64,000 nucleotides of DNA from Azolla caroliniana. Its lineage: Eukaryota; Plantae; Polypodiophyta. The stretch is from assembly GCA_043228905.1 (NCBI GenBank), contig JBHGNT010000013.1:10478001-10542000 (forward strand), read 5' to 3'. Shown one piece after another: positions 1 to 13,784 of the stretch; within the stretch, counting starts at the first letter, position 1, and the number at the start of each line of letters is the position of its first letter. The position numbers and the translations under genes were made by a program. Under the pieces are notes generated by a model. That model made no database searches, was not told the DNA's origin, and worked only from the letters and a program-made list of their open reading frames with translations.

Positions 1-863
1 TATAATGGTGGTTGCCTCCATGAGTGGTGCATTGAGGATGTCCGCTGGGTTGAGTCCGGCGTGTGCATTGGCCGAGTTGGTGCTGTGGCCATGAACCCAA
101 TGATTCAAGCAAGAGAAAACATGGCCAGCCTAGACCGGTCCATAGAATCGGTCGTCGATTCGGAACGATGGGCTGACTCAATGGAAAGGTAAAGTCGAAA
201 TGTTGATAAGAGACATTCCGAAAGTGAGGAAACTAACCGGCTTTGCAAGAGGGATGCTACCAAGTCTCAATGTCGAGGAACTCGAGTTGCAAATGGAAAG
301 CTCGAAGGGCTGCTCAAAGTATATGGCCTGGACGACTCCTTGAGAATATCGAAGAAAGACTTTATGGATTGGATTGAGCTCCTTGGAAAGGGGAGAAAAC
401 ACCACCATGATACTTCGAAGAGTTTGTGAAGCGTTTCACTTGTCTTTTGATGATTGATAGGACACGAGCAACATGAGCAAGGTCTTATTGTTCCTTAAGG
501 TGGTGGATGCATGAGATAGGGAGAAAGTGGCTCTCCTCCTCGAGAATGAAGATGAACGAGCCCATAACAATTTGGGCCCGCAATAAAAAAGTGTGTAGTT
601 GCTTCGACAAACGAAGACAATTGTACGATGGGGTCTCGTCAGGCAGCCAAGCTCTTATAAGGAGAGAGGCGAGTGTCGTGGAAAACACAACAGCCCCAGA
701 AAGAAATGTGATGGAAGGACTGGTCGGAGGGTCAGCAATCGATGAACTCACGAAGATGGTGGGGGATCTCCAGATATTCGAGAGATGGTGGGTGCTCTGC
801 TCAAGTTCGACGACCCAAGTACGTATCGAGGTGCTTGTGGTGCGATGACTTGGACCACCATAA
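1..863 (+). pseudogene. Degraded Ty3/Gypsy gag, 5' part, interrupted in its zinc knuckle by Copia-A
   Basis: Fragments VLLFLKVVDA*DREKVALLLENEDE and RCLWCDDLDH. The knuckle continues after the Copia at 11334 (..gagtgcgaggacttt = ECEDF). Confidence 0.6.
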
Positions 864-1102
864 TGTTATACATATATCCCCCATACATGCTAAGTGTGAA
901 AAGGTCAAAACTGGTCTTCCACTTAGTAGTGTGTGGGGAGAGAGTTTGGTGTGTGTGTGAGTAAAACCCCTCCGAGACATAGTGTGTGAGGTAGAGTATA
1001 CAACCAACGTTTTCTCTGTTTTTCCCCTTTTTTTCGGAAACAGAGTTTTTCTTCACAGAACCAAAATTCTCTCTTAGCTCTCTATTCTTCCGTTTTATAA
1101 CA
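864..1102 (+). repeat. 5' LTR of Copia-A
   Basis: Direct repeat of 11095-11333 with TG..CA ends, followed by PBS. Confidence 0.95.
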
Positions 1103-1103
1103 G

Positions 1104-1115
1104 TGGTATCAAAGC
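1104..1115 (+). promoter_or_regulatory. PBS (tRNA-iMet type) of Copia-A
   Basis: TGGTATCAAAGC, one mismatch from TGGTATCAGAGC, 1 nt after the LTR. Confidence 0.9.
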
Positions 1116-1759
1116 TTGGGAGATCACAATAGAGAGCTTGGGAGTTCACAATACAAAGCTTTGGAGATTGTAGTAGAAACGTTGGTGATTGGAACCGCTT
1201 GGTTGTAGCATCTACTTGTTGTTGGGCATCTCCAGCATCTTCGACATTGAAGAAAAGAGCCTGCTATTCACAGGTATTTCCCCTGGTTAAACTCTCACGT
1301 TTATTCGCCATTTGCGAAACATTTCTGGTGGAAATAAGCTGTGTGGGAGAGACCCCTGCCACATTTGGAAGAGAGAGTTGGGATCAATGTGAATGTATAG
1401 CAGAGCAGATGCCTACAGTTTGTGATTTGGGAGATGTATGCTAGTCAGTATCGTTGATATTTTGGAAGTTATATGCTTTCAGTGGTGCGTGTTATACACA
1501 AGAGTGCTATAAGTCTTTTTTGACAGTTTGCAACTGATATTTTGGAAGTTGTATGCTTTTAGTGGTTCGTGCTACACACAATATTGGTATCAATTTTTGA
1601 CAGTTTGCCATAAGCTAGTTAGTTACTAGTTTTTGTTGCCCAATCGTATTTTGTTGCATGATACTCTCGTTCACTCCCATGGAGTCTGAAATGTTGGATG
1701 CATCTAATAACACTTCTATTGGTTAAAATAGTTCAAGTAAGAACTATTCATTTTTGGGA

Positions 1760-4700
1760 AAGGATCATATTGAGATCCGAAAATTTGATGGATCTAATTT
1801 TGCTTTGTGGAAGAATCAGATGCGTGATGTATATTGGTTCAAAGAAGGCAAACGAGGCCTCTAGGAGACAAAGCGAAGAAGCCAGATGACATGGATGATG
1901 ATGATTGGGAGGAACTTGGTGCCTTGACCATGTCCACTATAAGACTGCACTTGGTGGATAGTGTCTGCTTTATTGTTTTAGACTGTAAAAACTCCGAAGA
2001 ACTTTGGAAAAAGTTATGTAATACCTATGAGAAGGAAACTGCAGCTAACAAGGTGTATTTGATGAGAAGGCTATATGAACTTCGTATGAAGGATACAAAT
2101 AGTGTTGGATCTCATTTAAATCAGTTTGATGCATTATGGTTGCAGTTGCAAGCTCAGAAAATGACCATGGATGATGAGCGGAAAACTGTATTTTTGCTAT
2201 GCACATTGCCTAGCTCATGGGACACATTTTGCACCGCTATTAGCGCTAGTGTACCAAACAGGAAATTGGTCTATAATGACATAAGTGGAGCACTATTGGG
2301 CACGAAGAAATACGTAGGAAATCTATGGTTTCCTCACAAGTTGGAGAGGCATATAATGTTCGAGATTTTGGTTATGGCAAGAACCAACAACATGGTAGAA
2401 GCCATACCAGAAATAGTAATGGAAATCATGATAAGAGTAGAAGTAAGTCTAGGAAGAGACCTGTGGAATGCTATTATTGCCACAAGAAGGGTCATATCAA
2501 GAAAGACTGTTATGCCTTGAAGAACAAAGAAAAGGAAAAGGGTAAAACTCATGGTGATGGGCATGTTAAATAGTTGACTGGTTCATCACCTTTGGTGAAG
2601 ATAGAGGAAATAAATGTCGCATGTGATGATGGTGTTGACATCTTGGTCATGGATGATGATGCTACCTATGCTGAGGCTAATATTGCCCATGCGCTTGCCC
2701 ATACATGGTTGTTGGACTTTGGTGCTTCATTTTATGTGACTCCACATAAAGAGTGGTTCACACGATACGAAGCTAAACCACTTGGTACAGTACGACTTGG
2801 AGATTCACATCAATGTGATGTGATTGGCATTGGAGAGGTCATGGTACAGTTTTCTGATGGCTCTCAGTTTACTGTACAAAATGTACGCCATTTGCCTGAG
2901 CTAACTCGTAGCTTAATGTCTATTGGACAACTTGATAACATTGGTTTTAAAGTGATATTTGCTTCCCAATCCTTTCGTATTACGAAAGGAAATATTGTTA
3001 TTGCCAAAGGGAACAAAGTTGGTTCACTTTATCCTTTAGTTGTCCATCAAAAAGAGCATCTTTTGACAGTCACAGAACAACCTATGACTTGTATTTGGCA
3101 TGGCCGTTTAGGCCACATGTCTCATACTAGAATGGAAACTTTATCACGTTTTGGCTATTTACCCGTGCTATCATTTTCTAATTTTTTAGTTTGTGAGCAT
3201 TGTCAATATGGTAAACAAACGAGAAGTGTATATCAAATTTGTTTTGATTCTTCTACTCAACCCTTGGATCTAGTTCATATAGATGTATGTGGCCCTATGC
3301 TTACTAGATCATTGGGTGGAGCTTTGTATTTTGTTACATTTATCGATGATGGTACAAGAAAGGTGTGGGTGTAACCCATACAGGGAAAGGGTGATGTATA
3401 CCCCATATTTAGAAAATGGCTTGCCTCGGTTGAGATTGAAAAAGGTATAAAGTTTAAGGCTTTATGTTTTGATAATAGAGGTGAGTATACCTCTCATGGG
3501 TTCAGAGATTTTTGGGAGTCTAGAGGCATACATAGAGAGTTTACTACCCCTTACACTCCGGTACAAAATGGTGTGGTAGAAAGGATGAATAGAACCATCC
3601 AGGAACGAGTTGTTTCTATGTTGCATCATGCAAATCTGCCGCAAGGTTTTGGGCTGAAGCAGTTCAAACTGCAGTCCATGTGATAAATCTATCACCTAGT
3701 ACTGCCAAAGGCTTGAAAGTGACGCAAGAGTTGTGGATAGGAAAAATCCCAAACTATGATCAGCTTAGGGTATTTCGACGTGAAGCGTATGTTCACGTTC
3801 CAAAACAGTTAAGGCAAAAACTAGATTTTAAGAGCAGAAAATGTATTTTCCTTGGTTATGGCGTAGATGGTCAATTTGGATATCGTTTGTGGGATCCTGA
3901 AACGCGCACTATAGTCAGAAGTAGTGATGTCATTTTCAATGAAAAGATTATGCATAAGCAGCCAATTAAGAAAGTGGAAGTGAGGAAAGTGGCGTTTCAG
4001 GATGTTACACCCTCTATTAGTGTGCAAAAGAATAATTCCACACTTATGCTGAACAATCCTACAAATGTTCACCCATATGAGGATGTTCAAAATGAGGATG
4101 CATGTGTACAACCTGAAAACAATCCGACTCCGGTTTAGCAACCAGTGAGACGATCTACTCGTGTCTTTAGGCCGCCTGCTAAGCTCACGGACTATGTGAT
4201 GTTAACGAATGCAGGTGAAGCTTCTTGCTATAAAGAAGCTATGCTGGCTAGTGATCATGCTAAGTGGGAGCATGCCATGCAAAGTGAATTGGACAATATT
4301 TATAAGAATGGTACTTGGGATTTAATACCTTTGCAAAAGGACAGGAAAGCAATACCATGCAAGTGGGTATACAAGTACAAGTATACGTCTGATAGTGTTT
4401 CCCCAAAGTATAAAGCACGCTTGGCAGCCAAAGGTTTCAAGCAAGAACATGGAGTTGATTTTGATGAAACCTTCTCTCTTGTAGTTAAGATGACTACATT
4501 ACGTATGTTTCTTTCATTGGCTACAAATCAGGATTTGGAATTAGTCCAAATGGATGTGAAGATTGCCTTTTTACATGGGAACCTTGATGAGGATATTTTT
4601 ATGGAACAACCAGAAGGTCATTAAGTCTCGGGAAAAGAACATTTGGTATGTAAACTCAAGAAGAGTTTGTATGGGCTTAAGCAGTCCCCCAGATTGTGGT

Positions 4701-4831
4701 ACCAAAAGTTTGATGCTTTTATGAGGTGCACTAGAAGCAATGAGGAGCCTTGCCTTTATATGAATTTTTTTTCACATGAGAGTTCCATTATGTTGATACT
4801 CTATGTTGATGATATGCTTATCGTTGGTAAA
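1760..4831 (+). pseudogene. Copia-A gag-pol (gag, CCHC knuckle, protease, GAG-pre-integrase, integrase, RT N-half), frameshifted
   Basis: CYYCHKKGHIKKDC, WLLDFGAS, WHGRLGHMS..CEHC, LDLVHIDVCGP, KCIFLGY, CKWVYK, QMDVKIAFLHG, LYVDDML. Confidence 0.92.
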
Positions 4832-5571
4832 TGTGAAAGTGTTTTTAGAATTCAAGTCATTGAACACTAGAAGAATATAAAGTATGGATAATTCACATTT
4901 GGAGGCTAAGAACACGAACCAAGACCTTAAGAAGAAGTCAAAAGTAAAAGTAAGATACATAGAGAAAAGTAAAAAGAGAAAAAGCGGGCCATAAAAAACA
5001 GTAAAAAAGGAATGTTCATAACTCTTTCGTTTGTAACCCAAATATCCCGTTTAAATATGTGCTAGAAATCTTGTAAAGAGAGCTATCTATATCTTTTTAA
5101 ATCTCTAAATTTGGAGCTCGGATGAGGGAGATATGACAATTAGAAGGTCATTCGGTCATAGCTAAAAATAGGAGATAAAAAGCTTCTAAAAATAGTGTGA
5201 ACGAGGAAGAAGAAGAAAATTATAAAAGAGGAAGTGATAGTCTTAGAGAGGATCCTAATAGAGGAGGAGGGATCCTAATAATAGAGGAGGGATCCTAATA
5301 GAGGAGGAGGGGTCCTAATAGAGAGGGGGTCCTAATAGAGGAGGAGGAGTCTTGGAAGGAGGGGCCCGAATAGAGGAGGAGGAGTCTTGGGAAGAGGTGT
5401 CTTAGTGGAAGAGGAAGGGTCTTAGTAGTGGGTTTGAGTGATTGGAAGTAAGAAGGTCATTGGTTTTTTAGTTCAATGTGGAGTTTATCTCCTTTGTATG
5501 GTATTGATAATTGAATATTATAACATTGTTACCCCTTTCTCATCTTCTCTACCTTTTCTCTTAATCTCTTG

Positions 5572-5605
<34 letters not shown>

Positions 5606-5647
5606 ATTCATAGTTATCTTGGTATATATAATCTATTATAATTCACA
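4832..5647 (+). repeat. Probable LTR of a nested element with internal GA-rich tandem repeats
   Basis: TGTGAA...TTCACA termini, interrupting Copia-A RT right after YVDDMLIVGK. Repeats of gatcctaatagaggagg at about 5250-5390 and (CT)n at about 5575-5605. No matching TSD. Confidence 0.55.
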
Positions 5648-7220
5648 ACTCCATCTAATCGGTTTGATCAAGCCCTCATATAACAATGGAGTCGAAGGAG
5701 GCGAAGCCATAACACTTCCTATGGCTCAGGTTCCTATAATTCCTCATAATGTGAATCTTCTTAATTTTATTGATGATAGTGATAATGCTTTTGAAGTAGC
5801 TCCTGGTGAAAAGGACAAGGGCATCACAAAAGGAGAAAGAAGTTGAAGGAGAATCTAGTGCCTCAAGACAAAAGAAGAAGTCTAAGGAGAATGAGAAAGA
5901 GGAGAAATTGAGAAGGAGACACTCGAGAAGGAAGATCAAGATGGAGGATATTCCTATGGGTGAAGGTGTAGAAGCTTTCAATTTGAAGCATGAGTTGATA
6001 TCAAGTGGACCAAGGATAACATGGAAGAACTTCTCCAATTATCTCCCACATTACGAAAGGAGTGGGGGCAACTTGCAAATATTCGTCAAAGTCGGAAGAC
6101 TGTGCATTATGTGGGGATCGTGCAAGTAGAAGATCGAAAGGACATACGTTCAACCATCCCGGTCTCCATCAAAGGGTTTCACATCAAAGATGCCTTGGTT
6201 GATAGTGGTGCTAGGGTAAGCTTGATTTCTGAATTTTGGGTAAACAAAGTGGGAATTCCTATTAGTAGGTCATCTTCGGCAAGGGTGGCTGTAGTCGATG
6301 GTGGAGTGGTTCATTGCACTGGCATAGTGGAGGATGTGGTCATCAAGTGTTTTGGGGTAAGCATTTCAATGTATTTTCATGTAATACCACTAAAAGGACC
6401 ATCATATTCTTTGGTACTAGGAAGACCATGATGCAAGAACTCAAATTTGTCCAAGATTGGAGCAAAGGTTTGATGACCATAACACCATCAAAAGGAGTGA
6501 ACATACATTATGATATGTGACAACAACGACTAAGTGAGAAAGAAGAAGATGGAATAACTGAATATGATAGCGGGTCCCCATATGAAAGTGATGAAAGTGA
6601 AGATTCCTCATCAGAATGGGAAATGACAACATCGTATGCCGTTTTGAAGGAAGAAGATGATGAAGGAGGTTGAATTACTATGGAGCAGAAAGAGAAGATG
6701 GTTTCTAAAGATCTTAAAGGGCAAGAGAGGCAACAATTTATTAATTTGATTTCAGAATTTCCTAATTTTTATTATTAATGATTATGCTCATATTAGGGGT
6801 GTAGATGTCATCCAACATCACATAAATTTAAAAGAGGGTACAACTTCAGTTGCACAAAAGTTGCGAAGGCTAGGTCACGTGCAAAAGGAGACCTTATTAA
6901 AGGAAGTCAAAGCTTTGTTGTGTGCACAATTCATTTACCTAGTGGAAGATTCTGAATGGGTTTCACCCATTGTGGTGGTACCTAAAAAGAATGGAAAATT
7001 GAGGGTTTGTGTTGATTACAAACCTCTAAATGCGGCTGCCAAGACGGATCACTTTCCTCTCCCTTTCCAAGCTGAAACATTAGATGAAATTGCAGGTCAT
7101 GAAATTTACTTTGTTTGTGATGGCTATTCACGTTATTTTCAAATTCGTATTGCAGAAGAGGATCAAAAGAAGACGACATTCATCACTCCATGGGGATGCT
7201 TTGCATATCGACGACATCTC
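5648..7220 (+). pseudogene. Ty3/Gypsy gag-end/protease/RT fragment
   Basis: DALVDSGARVSLIS..SLVLGRP protease; EWVSPIVVVPKKNGKLRVCVDYKPLN RT; truncated at about 7220. Confidence 0.88.
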
Positions 7221-10126
7221 GCATAGACTGTGGTGTTTGTCATTCCAAAATTGTTTGAACTTTTGATGGATCAATAGAGATGCCATTTGAAGAGACTATG
7301 TACCCCAAAAATTCCACTTAACATTGGTCGAAACTACACTTCTCCAATTTTGCATAGAGACCATATTCTCGCAACCGCTACAGAACTTGGCGAACGTGTA
7401 TCTCATGCTCCTCTTGAGTTTTTGAGTATATCAAGATATTATCCAAGTAAACTATGATGAAGATATCGAGGAAGTCTCGAAAAATGTCATTCGCCATATG
7501 TTGGAAAACTACTGGTGCATTCGTGAGAGCAAATGGCATCACTGTATACTCAAAATGACCATAGCGAGTGTGGAACGCAATCTTCCATTCATGCATAGGA
7601 AGAATTCGAACAAGGTTGTAGGCACCTCAAAGAGCTAACTTTGTGAAATATTTTGCTCTACTGAGGCATTCTAGAAGGCTTGAGATCAATGGTAGAGCAT
7701 ATTGGTTTCGAATAGTCACTTTATTCAAGGCCCGATAATCCATGACCATATGAAGCGCACCACTGATCAATGGTAGGAGATCGTGAATGTTGGATAAAAG
7801 CATTTGCCAGGTTCTCATCGATATATTCTCGAAGAACCTCTAACTCTGTGGGCGAAAGGTTATAAATTAGCCCCCATGGAGGCTCTTTTCCAGGCTGCAA
7901 ATCAATCGGACAATCATATGGTCGATGCTCTAGTAGTCTATTCGCCTTCACCTTATCAAACACATAAGAGTAGTTGGAACCCCAATACTTGTGAGCTAGA
8001 TGAACCCCCAATTCTTGTGAGCTAGATGAGGGAGTTGCTAAAACCGTGAACACCAACATGTCTTCCTTCCTTCCATCCTCACGTAACTGATGCATAGAGA
8101 TTGTGAAATCATGTGGGGTCCTAGATCCTTTGTTGGAGTTTCAAGAGACTCGAACTATACCGTGACCTCTTCAATAATTCTTTTTCTCCAATCAATAGTT
8201 GTGTTATGTAACTCAAACCAAGGAAGACCAAGAACTAGAGAGTGCTCTCGACTACTAATGATGTTGAATGAGATGACACGAATTGGTTCAGACTACAAAA
8301 GCCATTACCTAGGACTACACGAATTGGTTCAGACTCTTCGACTATATCACCTGATGCGATAGGGCAACCATCTATGACTCCTACAACTACTGGGTTCGGG
8401 AGCTTATTCAAGAGGATGTTTTGGGTCAATGCAAATTTGCAATCCATGAAACAAGAGTTGGCTCCAGAATTTAGGAGGGGAGAGGCTAGGACTCGATGAC
8501 ATGTAGATGTGCTAAGCTCTACTTGTGCAGAAAAAACTCTACTAACTTGATTTGATGAAATGGAACTACAACTAGGTACTGACTCTACATATCTAGGATG
8601 GTCCAACCAAATGGCTCCTATTTTTCCCGAACTTATTCATTTAACACATCCTCTAATTGGCTCAAGACATCAAATCTATTCTCATGGCATGGTCTATAAT
8701 TAGGCTGGGTTGTCATGTGCACTTGGTAAACTTGACGATTGGGTTTATGTGGAAAATTCACAACTATATGTCCTGGACCACCACAATAGAGGCATAGGCG
8801 ATGCGCCCGACGTCGTTGTATCTCAACATCTGATAAGGGCCCTCGACGTTGTGTTGACTCTATCTCCATTAGAGTGGGACCATCCCTCTTAACGGGTCTG
8901 GGAACTTCTGGTGGTGTTGCGACTATTGAAGCATACGTCTGTTCCAGTTGGCGGCGTAGCATTTGTTGACGTTCAGAATGTCGCTCAAATAGATGATTAT
9001 CACATCGCACAGCTCGACTAATGGCCTCTGTAAGAGACTTTGGATCTTCGTGGAAAGTAAGAAGAAGATATTTGACATCGTTACGCAAACCCTGGCGGAA
9101 TTGATCCATTCAGGCTGCTGCCAAGAGACGGAAATCTGCTACGTAGGCCGAAGCGGGATGATATCCTTGTTGAAGTCTTTGAATCTTGTTTATTGCCGTC
9201 CGAGTGCTATCGGTGTCTCCAAAACTAGCTTGAAAATCCTTACCGAATGCCTTGAAATCCTCCAACAATGGTGATTTCTTCTCAAGAAGTGGTGCAAACC
9301 ATGCTAATGTTGTACCGCTTAACAAGGTTCCTACTAATCCCACACAAGCAGCATCAGTTGGGTACCGATTGGGATGTAACTGAATTAGTAAACAGACTTG
9401 ATTAAGGAAACCTTGAAACTGAGATCTGGTACCATCAAACTTGGCGGGGAGGCTAATCTTTGGTTCCCTTGGGGAGTTTTTAACCCTTGCCGCTTGTTCT
9501 CGTAATGTTAATATAGTACTCTCGAGTTGAGGATCCTCATACTGATGAGCTTTCTCGGTACTCACTTGTTGTAGATCCTTGAGTAGCCTTTGATTTTCTT
9601 GCTCTAATGCCACAAACTTAGTTGTGAGCATGTTGAGCTCAAAAAGGACACACATATACTGTTGCTTGCTGACGGACTCCATAATTGATGGGGGAAAAGA
9701 AAGAAGGAAAAAGAAGAAACCTTGCTAGGGTTATTGGAAATGGAAAAAGAAAGGATTCAGTTCAAACTGTCGTGACTCGTGAGTAGGAGAGAGAGAGAGA
9801 GAGAGAGAACACTTGAAATGGAAATGAGATTATATTATGAGGAAACAAGATTACAAAGAGTAGGCTAAGGGCTAAAGATTGGTGTTGAACCGACTGAGTT
9901 GTGATGAATGAATGGTCACTTATTTATAGATCCTTATGGAGTATTCTAGAATGTTCTAGAATATTTTAGATATTTATGATAATAAATATAATCATGAAAT
10001 ATTCAAGGATGTTCTAGAATAATCTAGAATGTTCTAGAATATTCTAAATATCTCGTAATAACTAAAAATATAATTATTATAATTACACATCATATATGTT
10101 ATAGTGATGGTTAAGGGTTCAACACA
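7221..10126 (-). mobile_element. Chromovirus-type Gypsy (Tcn1/Tf1-like): 5' LTR, gag, PR and RT, 3'-truncated
   Basis: gag EPKISLPAKFDGTRSQFQGFLNQV..LQQG (9682-8633), protease [47 protein letters not shown] at about 9768-10126 with minus-strand TATAAATA and ttctagaa repeats. Confidence 0.85.
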
Positions 10127-10129
10127 TAA

Positions 10130-10965
10130 ACTAAGAAGTTGTGGGTTAGCATATCTTCATGATAGTCTCAGGCTGAGTACATATTGAAAGTGCTCAAGAG
10201 GTTTAATATGGAGAATGTAAACCCGTTGAGCACTCCATTGCCTACATATGTAAAATTGAGCACATGTGTTTGCCCCACGTCTGATGAGGACAAGGAAGTC
10301 ACGTCGAAGGTTCCTTATCAATTCGCAGTTGGGAGTCTTATGTATGCCATGGTGGCTACTAGACCAGACATTGCATTTGTAATGGGAGCAGTAGGTCAAT
10401 TCAGGTCAAATCCTAGTAAGAAACATTGGGATGCAGTCAAGTTGATATTGAGATATCTGAGTGGTAGTAAGGGTAAGTGCCTTTGTTTAGGTAAAGGGGA
10501 TGCCTCTATCATTGGTTACACAGATTCAGATTATGCCGGATGTGCTGACAGTAGGAAATCTACTTCAAGGTACATCTTTCAGATTATGGGAGGTGTCATT
10601 TCTTGGAGATATCTTCTTCAAGAATGTGTTGCATTATCAACTACCGAAGCAGAGTATGTTGCAGCTAGCGAGGCATGTAATGAACAAGTATGGCTTTCTC
10701 GACTAGCTTGTGACATGGGTATACCTCAGCATGTACCCAAATTGTTTTGTGATAGTCAAAGTGGCATTGCTTGGCTAAGAATTTGGTATATCATTCGAAG
10801 ACCAAAGATATTGGAGTGCAATACCATTTCATTCGGGAATGCGTAGCCAATGGTTGCATTGGCCTTGAGAAGGTTGTTTTTCACGAAAATGCCGTAGATG
10901 CATTGACCAAGGCCTTACCACAACGTGCGTTGGATCATTGTTGTCACTTGATGGGAGTCACTTAG
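10130..10965 (+). pseudogene. Copia-A RT C-half and RNase H
   Basis: SQAEYILKVLKRFNM, VPYQFAVGSLMYAMVATRPDIA, GYTDSDYAG, STTEAEYVA. Confidence 0.92.
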
Positions 10966-11094
10966 TGCCTTATGTTACACACTTGTCGTGTACATTGTGT
11001 AACATGCCCATCAGGTGGGTGGTATAGGTCTAGTTCTTGTACAACTCAACCTTCCATTATTCGTACTCCTAGTTTAGGCCTTTTAGTGGGAGAT

Positions 11095-11333
11095 TGTTAT
11101 ACATGTATCCCCCATACATGCTAAGTGTGAAAAGGCCAAAATTGGTCTTCCACTTAGTAGTGTGTGGGGAGAGGGTTTGGTGTGTGTGTGAGTAAAACCC
11201 CTCCGAGACATAATGTGTGAGGTAGAGTATACAACCAACGTTTTCTCTGTTTTCCCCCTTTTTTTCAGAAACAGAGTTTTTCTTCACAGAACCAAAATTC
11301 TCTCTTAGCTCTCTATTATTCCGTTTTATAACA
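11095..11333 (+). repeat. 3' LTR of Copia-A
   Basis: Direct repeat of 864-1102, preceded by PPT. Confidence 0.95.
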
Positions 11334-12575
11334 CATTAAAGGGAGTGCGAGGACTTTTGGGAGGCCTTACGGAGGAACATCATCTACTTTTTGAACAACA
11401 GGTCTACTCGACAGAGAGTAGGTGCCCCTTGGAATTAAACCAAGGCCACGGAGGAATGAAGAGGTTAATGGAAGAGGCTGAAGAGCGGTATGTGCAACTA
11501 GTCCACTACTCGGCATCAACCATGATTTTAGTATGGAATGAGCAAAGTGCAAAGAAGAAAAGAGGTTGACTTTTGGTCACCCATCCTTGGAAGCCTCTCT
11601 AAGGGGAATCTCCGTAAGGAAGAACCGAACCAACAGGAGAAAAGGGTCCAAGAGGCGACTAGATCGAGAGATTTGGTAGAAGAGAAGATGGGCTTAGTAG
11701 AAGCCACCTGTCATAACTATGAAGTTTTGGTCAAAGAAAAGAGTACAAGGAATCATGAGGGAGATATGATACCAGAGGTGCACAAAGAAGGGAGGAGCCA
11801 AACCTAACCCTAGCACACAATGAAAAGGGGAAAGAGAAGGGAAATCCCTTGAACTTCAAGTTTTGCTCGGAGATCGAACAAGCAACGAACCTAAAGAAAG
11901 TGATGGAGGAAAGGATCCTCAATAATCATGTAGATTTTACTCTGCAAGAGGTCCTCGACATAACAAAAAGAGAGTTCCACAATGCCATCATCGACAATAT
12001 GAGGAGGAAGTGGCTCTCGACCACGCAAGAAGGGATGAAACCCATGAACATGAATGTTGTGTCAATTGAGGTGCTCGAAGTTGATGAGGACTATGCAAAC
12101 AATCACTAGATGAGGCCACATTGGGGAAGGGTGTCAATAGAAACCTTTGCAAGGATAGGGGACGTTAAAGAGCCAATGATAGCATTGAGAAACCATGGAT
12201 CCGAATCAATCTAATGTCTATGAACTTCTACGAGAAAGGAAAGTGGCCGATCGACACGAAACATGACAAGAAGATTAGAGCGGCGACCCGAGCAATGATG
12301 AGCTAATGGGGCTTGCCCAAATGCATAGGTGATGGTAGGGGACGTGGAAATTGACCAACGCTTCTTCTCTGAAGATACACCCTCTCATATGGTCATCTTG
12401 GGCGAGTCATACATAACGGCGACTTGTATGGAGACGACGGTGCTAGACAATGGGTCGGCATATGCAAGGGTCAAGAAATAAGATGGGAGGAATTCAGTCC
12501 AATGCCTTACAATGGGGCCCAACCATGAGTGTAACCGAGACTCCTCAAAAGTAAAAGGTAGGAGGAGTTTTGATG
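11334..12575 (+). pseudogene. Degraded Gypsy gag C-terminus and aspartic protease (continuation of 1-863)
   Basis: SEIEQATNLKKVMEERILN..FTLQEVLDI; protease-like EPMIAL.NHGSE.NLMS at about 12170-12220; many stops. Confidence 0.6.
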
Positions 12576-12749
12576 CAGGTTATTAAGACATGAGACCACA
12601 ATAGCTTAGTGTAATCTTATGTTTGTTATATAAATCTCTAGTTTCAAACCTAATCTCGTTAAATGTTGTTCTACTACGGGAGAGTGAGAATGAAAATGAA
12701 AGTAACTCATGTGTTAAAAGTTGCTCTGGCATTGAGTTCCCCTTTCCTT

Positions 12750-13784
12750 CGAATTGTCGCTTCCCTTGACTCCTCCGAGCTCTTGACTCCCATGAGCCTT
12801 TGACTCCTACGAGCCTTCAACTCGCGAGGAGACTTTGACTTCAAGATTTTGACTTCCCAAACATCCACTCCCTCCTAGTCCTTCTTCCTCCCTAGTCCTT
12901 CGAGATTTTGGCCATGCTCGAGTAGCACATGCATGCACGATTATGAGACAATGTGTGTACCAAGCAATGGTCGATTTGCCGACGGTCGTTCCCCTTGTCC
13001 ATGGTGGAATTGGTGGATGTAGTTGTGTTTAGGAATGCGCAACGTGGCACATGTTTTGTTTTTGTTGTCCTCACATTCTCATCAATATTGTATTAGTCTT
13101 GGCAATGATTGTATTGTGGAACCATACAAAATTCACAAGAGATTTAGGCTGCACTCGCCACTCATATATGTGTGTATGGAATTCCTGAGCCCAATTCATG
13201 GGTTTAGGGTCATATCCCATTTCATGACTTTCCCAGCTACATAGAGAATACTACTATGGAGCCTATATCTCCGATTTGTGCGATTGCGTGGCATTTGTCA
13301 TGGAGGTTCTTAGGTACTTCGATCAATCATCATCATTCCCATCCTTTGAAATCACTCAAGTTACTTGTGATAATTTCTAGTATCACCTTTGGCTGTTTCT
13401 TCTGCTTCTTCTTGGTGAGGGGAGTGTTGTTGGTGGCGAAGTGTAAGGTATTGCGGATGTCAACAACAACGAATTTGAATTTGACTAGGTCGGTATTGTC
13501 AAAAGGGTGCATACTTACTTCCGTGGTCCATGGGTCATAGCCTTCCAAGAACCGTTGGAGTAATTTTGTGATGACTCCACTAGGGCTTATACCAAGGAAA
13601 TATTTAAGCTCAAGTTGAGCTACCATATCGAATATTGTGGGCTCTTGTTATTAGAGTTGTGTGGCTACTTTTGGTAACCGATATTTGCATTCCAAATCGT
13701 GGATATTGGTTTTGAAAATTAATGACCCCCCACATCCCATGATCCGGAAAAAACGAATATTCAAGTTTGACAATGTCAGGAGAC
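12750..13784 (-). pseudogene. Degraded ORF of unknown type, possibly an antisense accessory ORF of the flanking Gypsy
   Basis: Chained minus-strand ORF fragments (13333-13626, 12892-13074) ending in a repetitive gagtcaa-rich stretch. No recognisable motif. Confidence 0.25.

Larger units (their letters stand above)
864..11333 (+). mobile_element. Ty1/Copia LTR retrotransposon (Copia-A), degraded, with nested Gypsy insertions at 4832-10126
   Basis: 239-bp LTRs at 864-1102 and 11095-11333 (TGTTATA..TATAACA). Near-TSD cataa/catta, PBS TGGTATCAAAGC at 1104-1115, PPT agtgggagat at 11085-11094. Domain order gag-PR-INT-RT-RNaseH. Confidence 0.95.
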
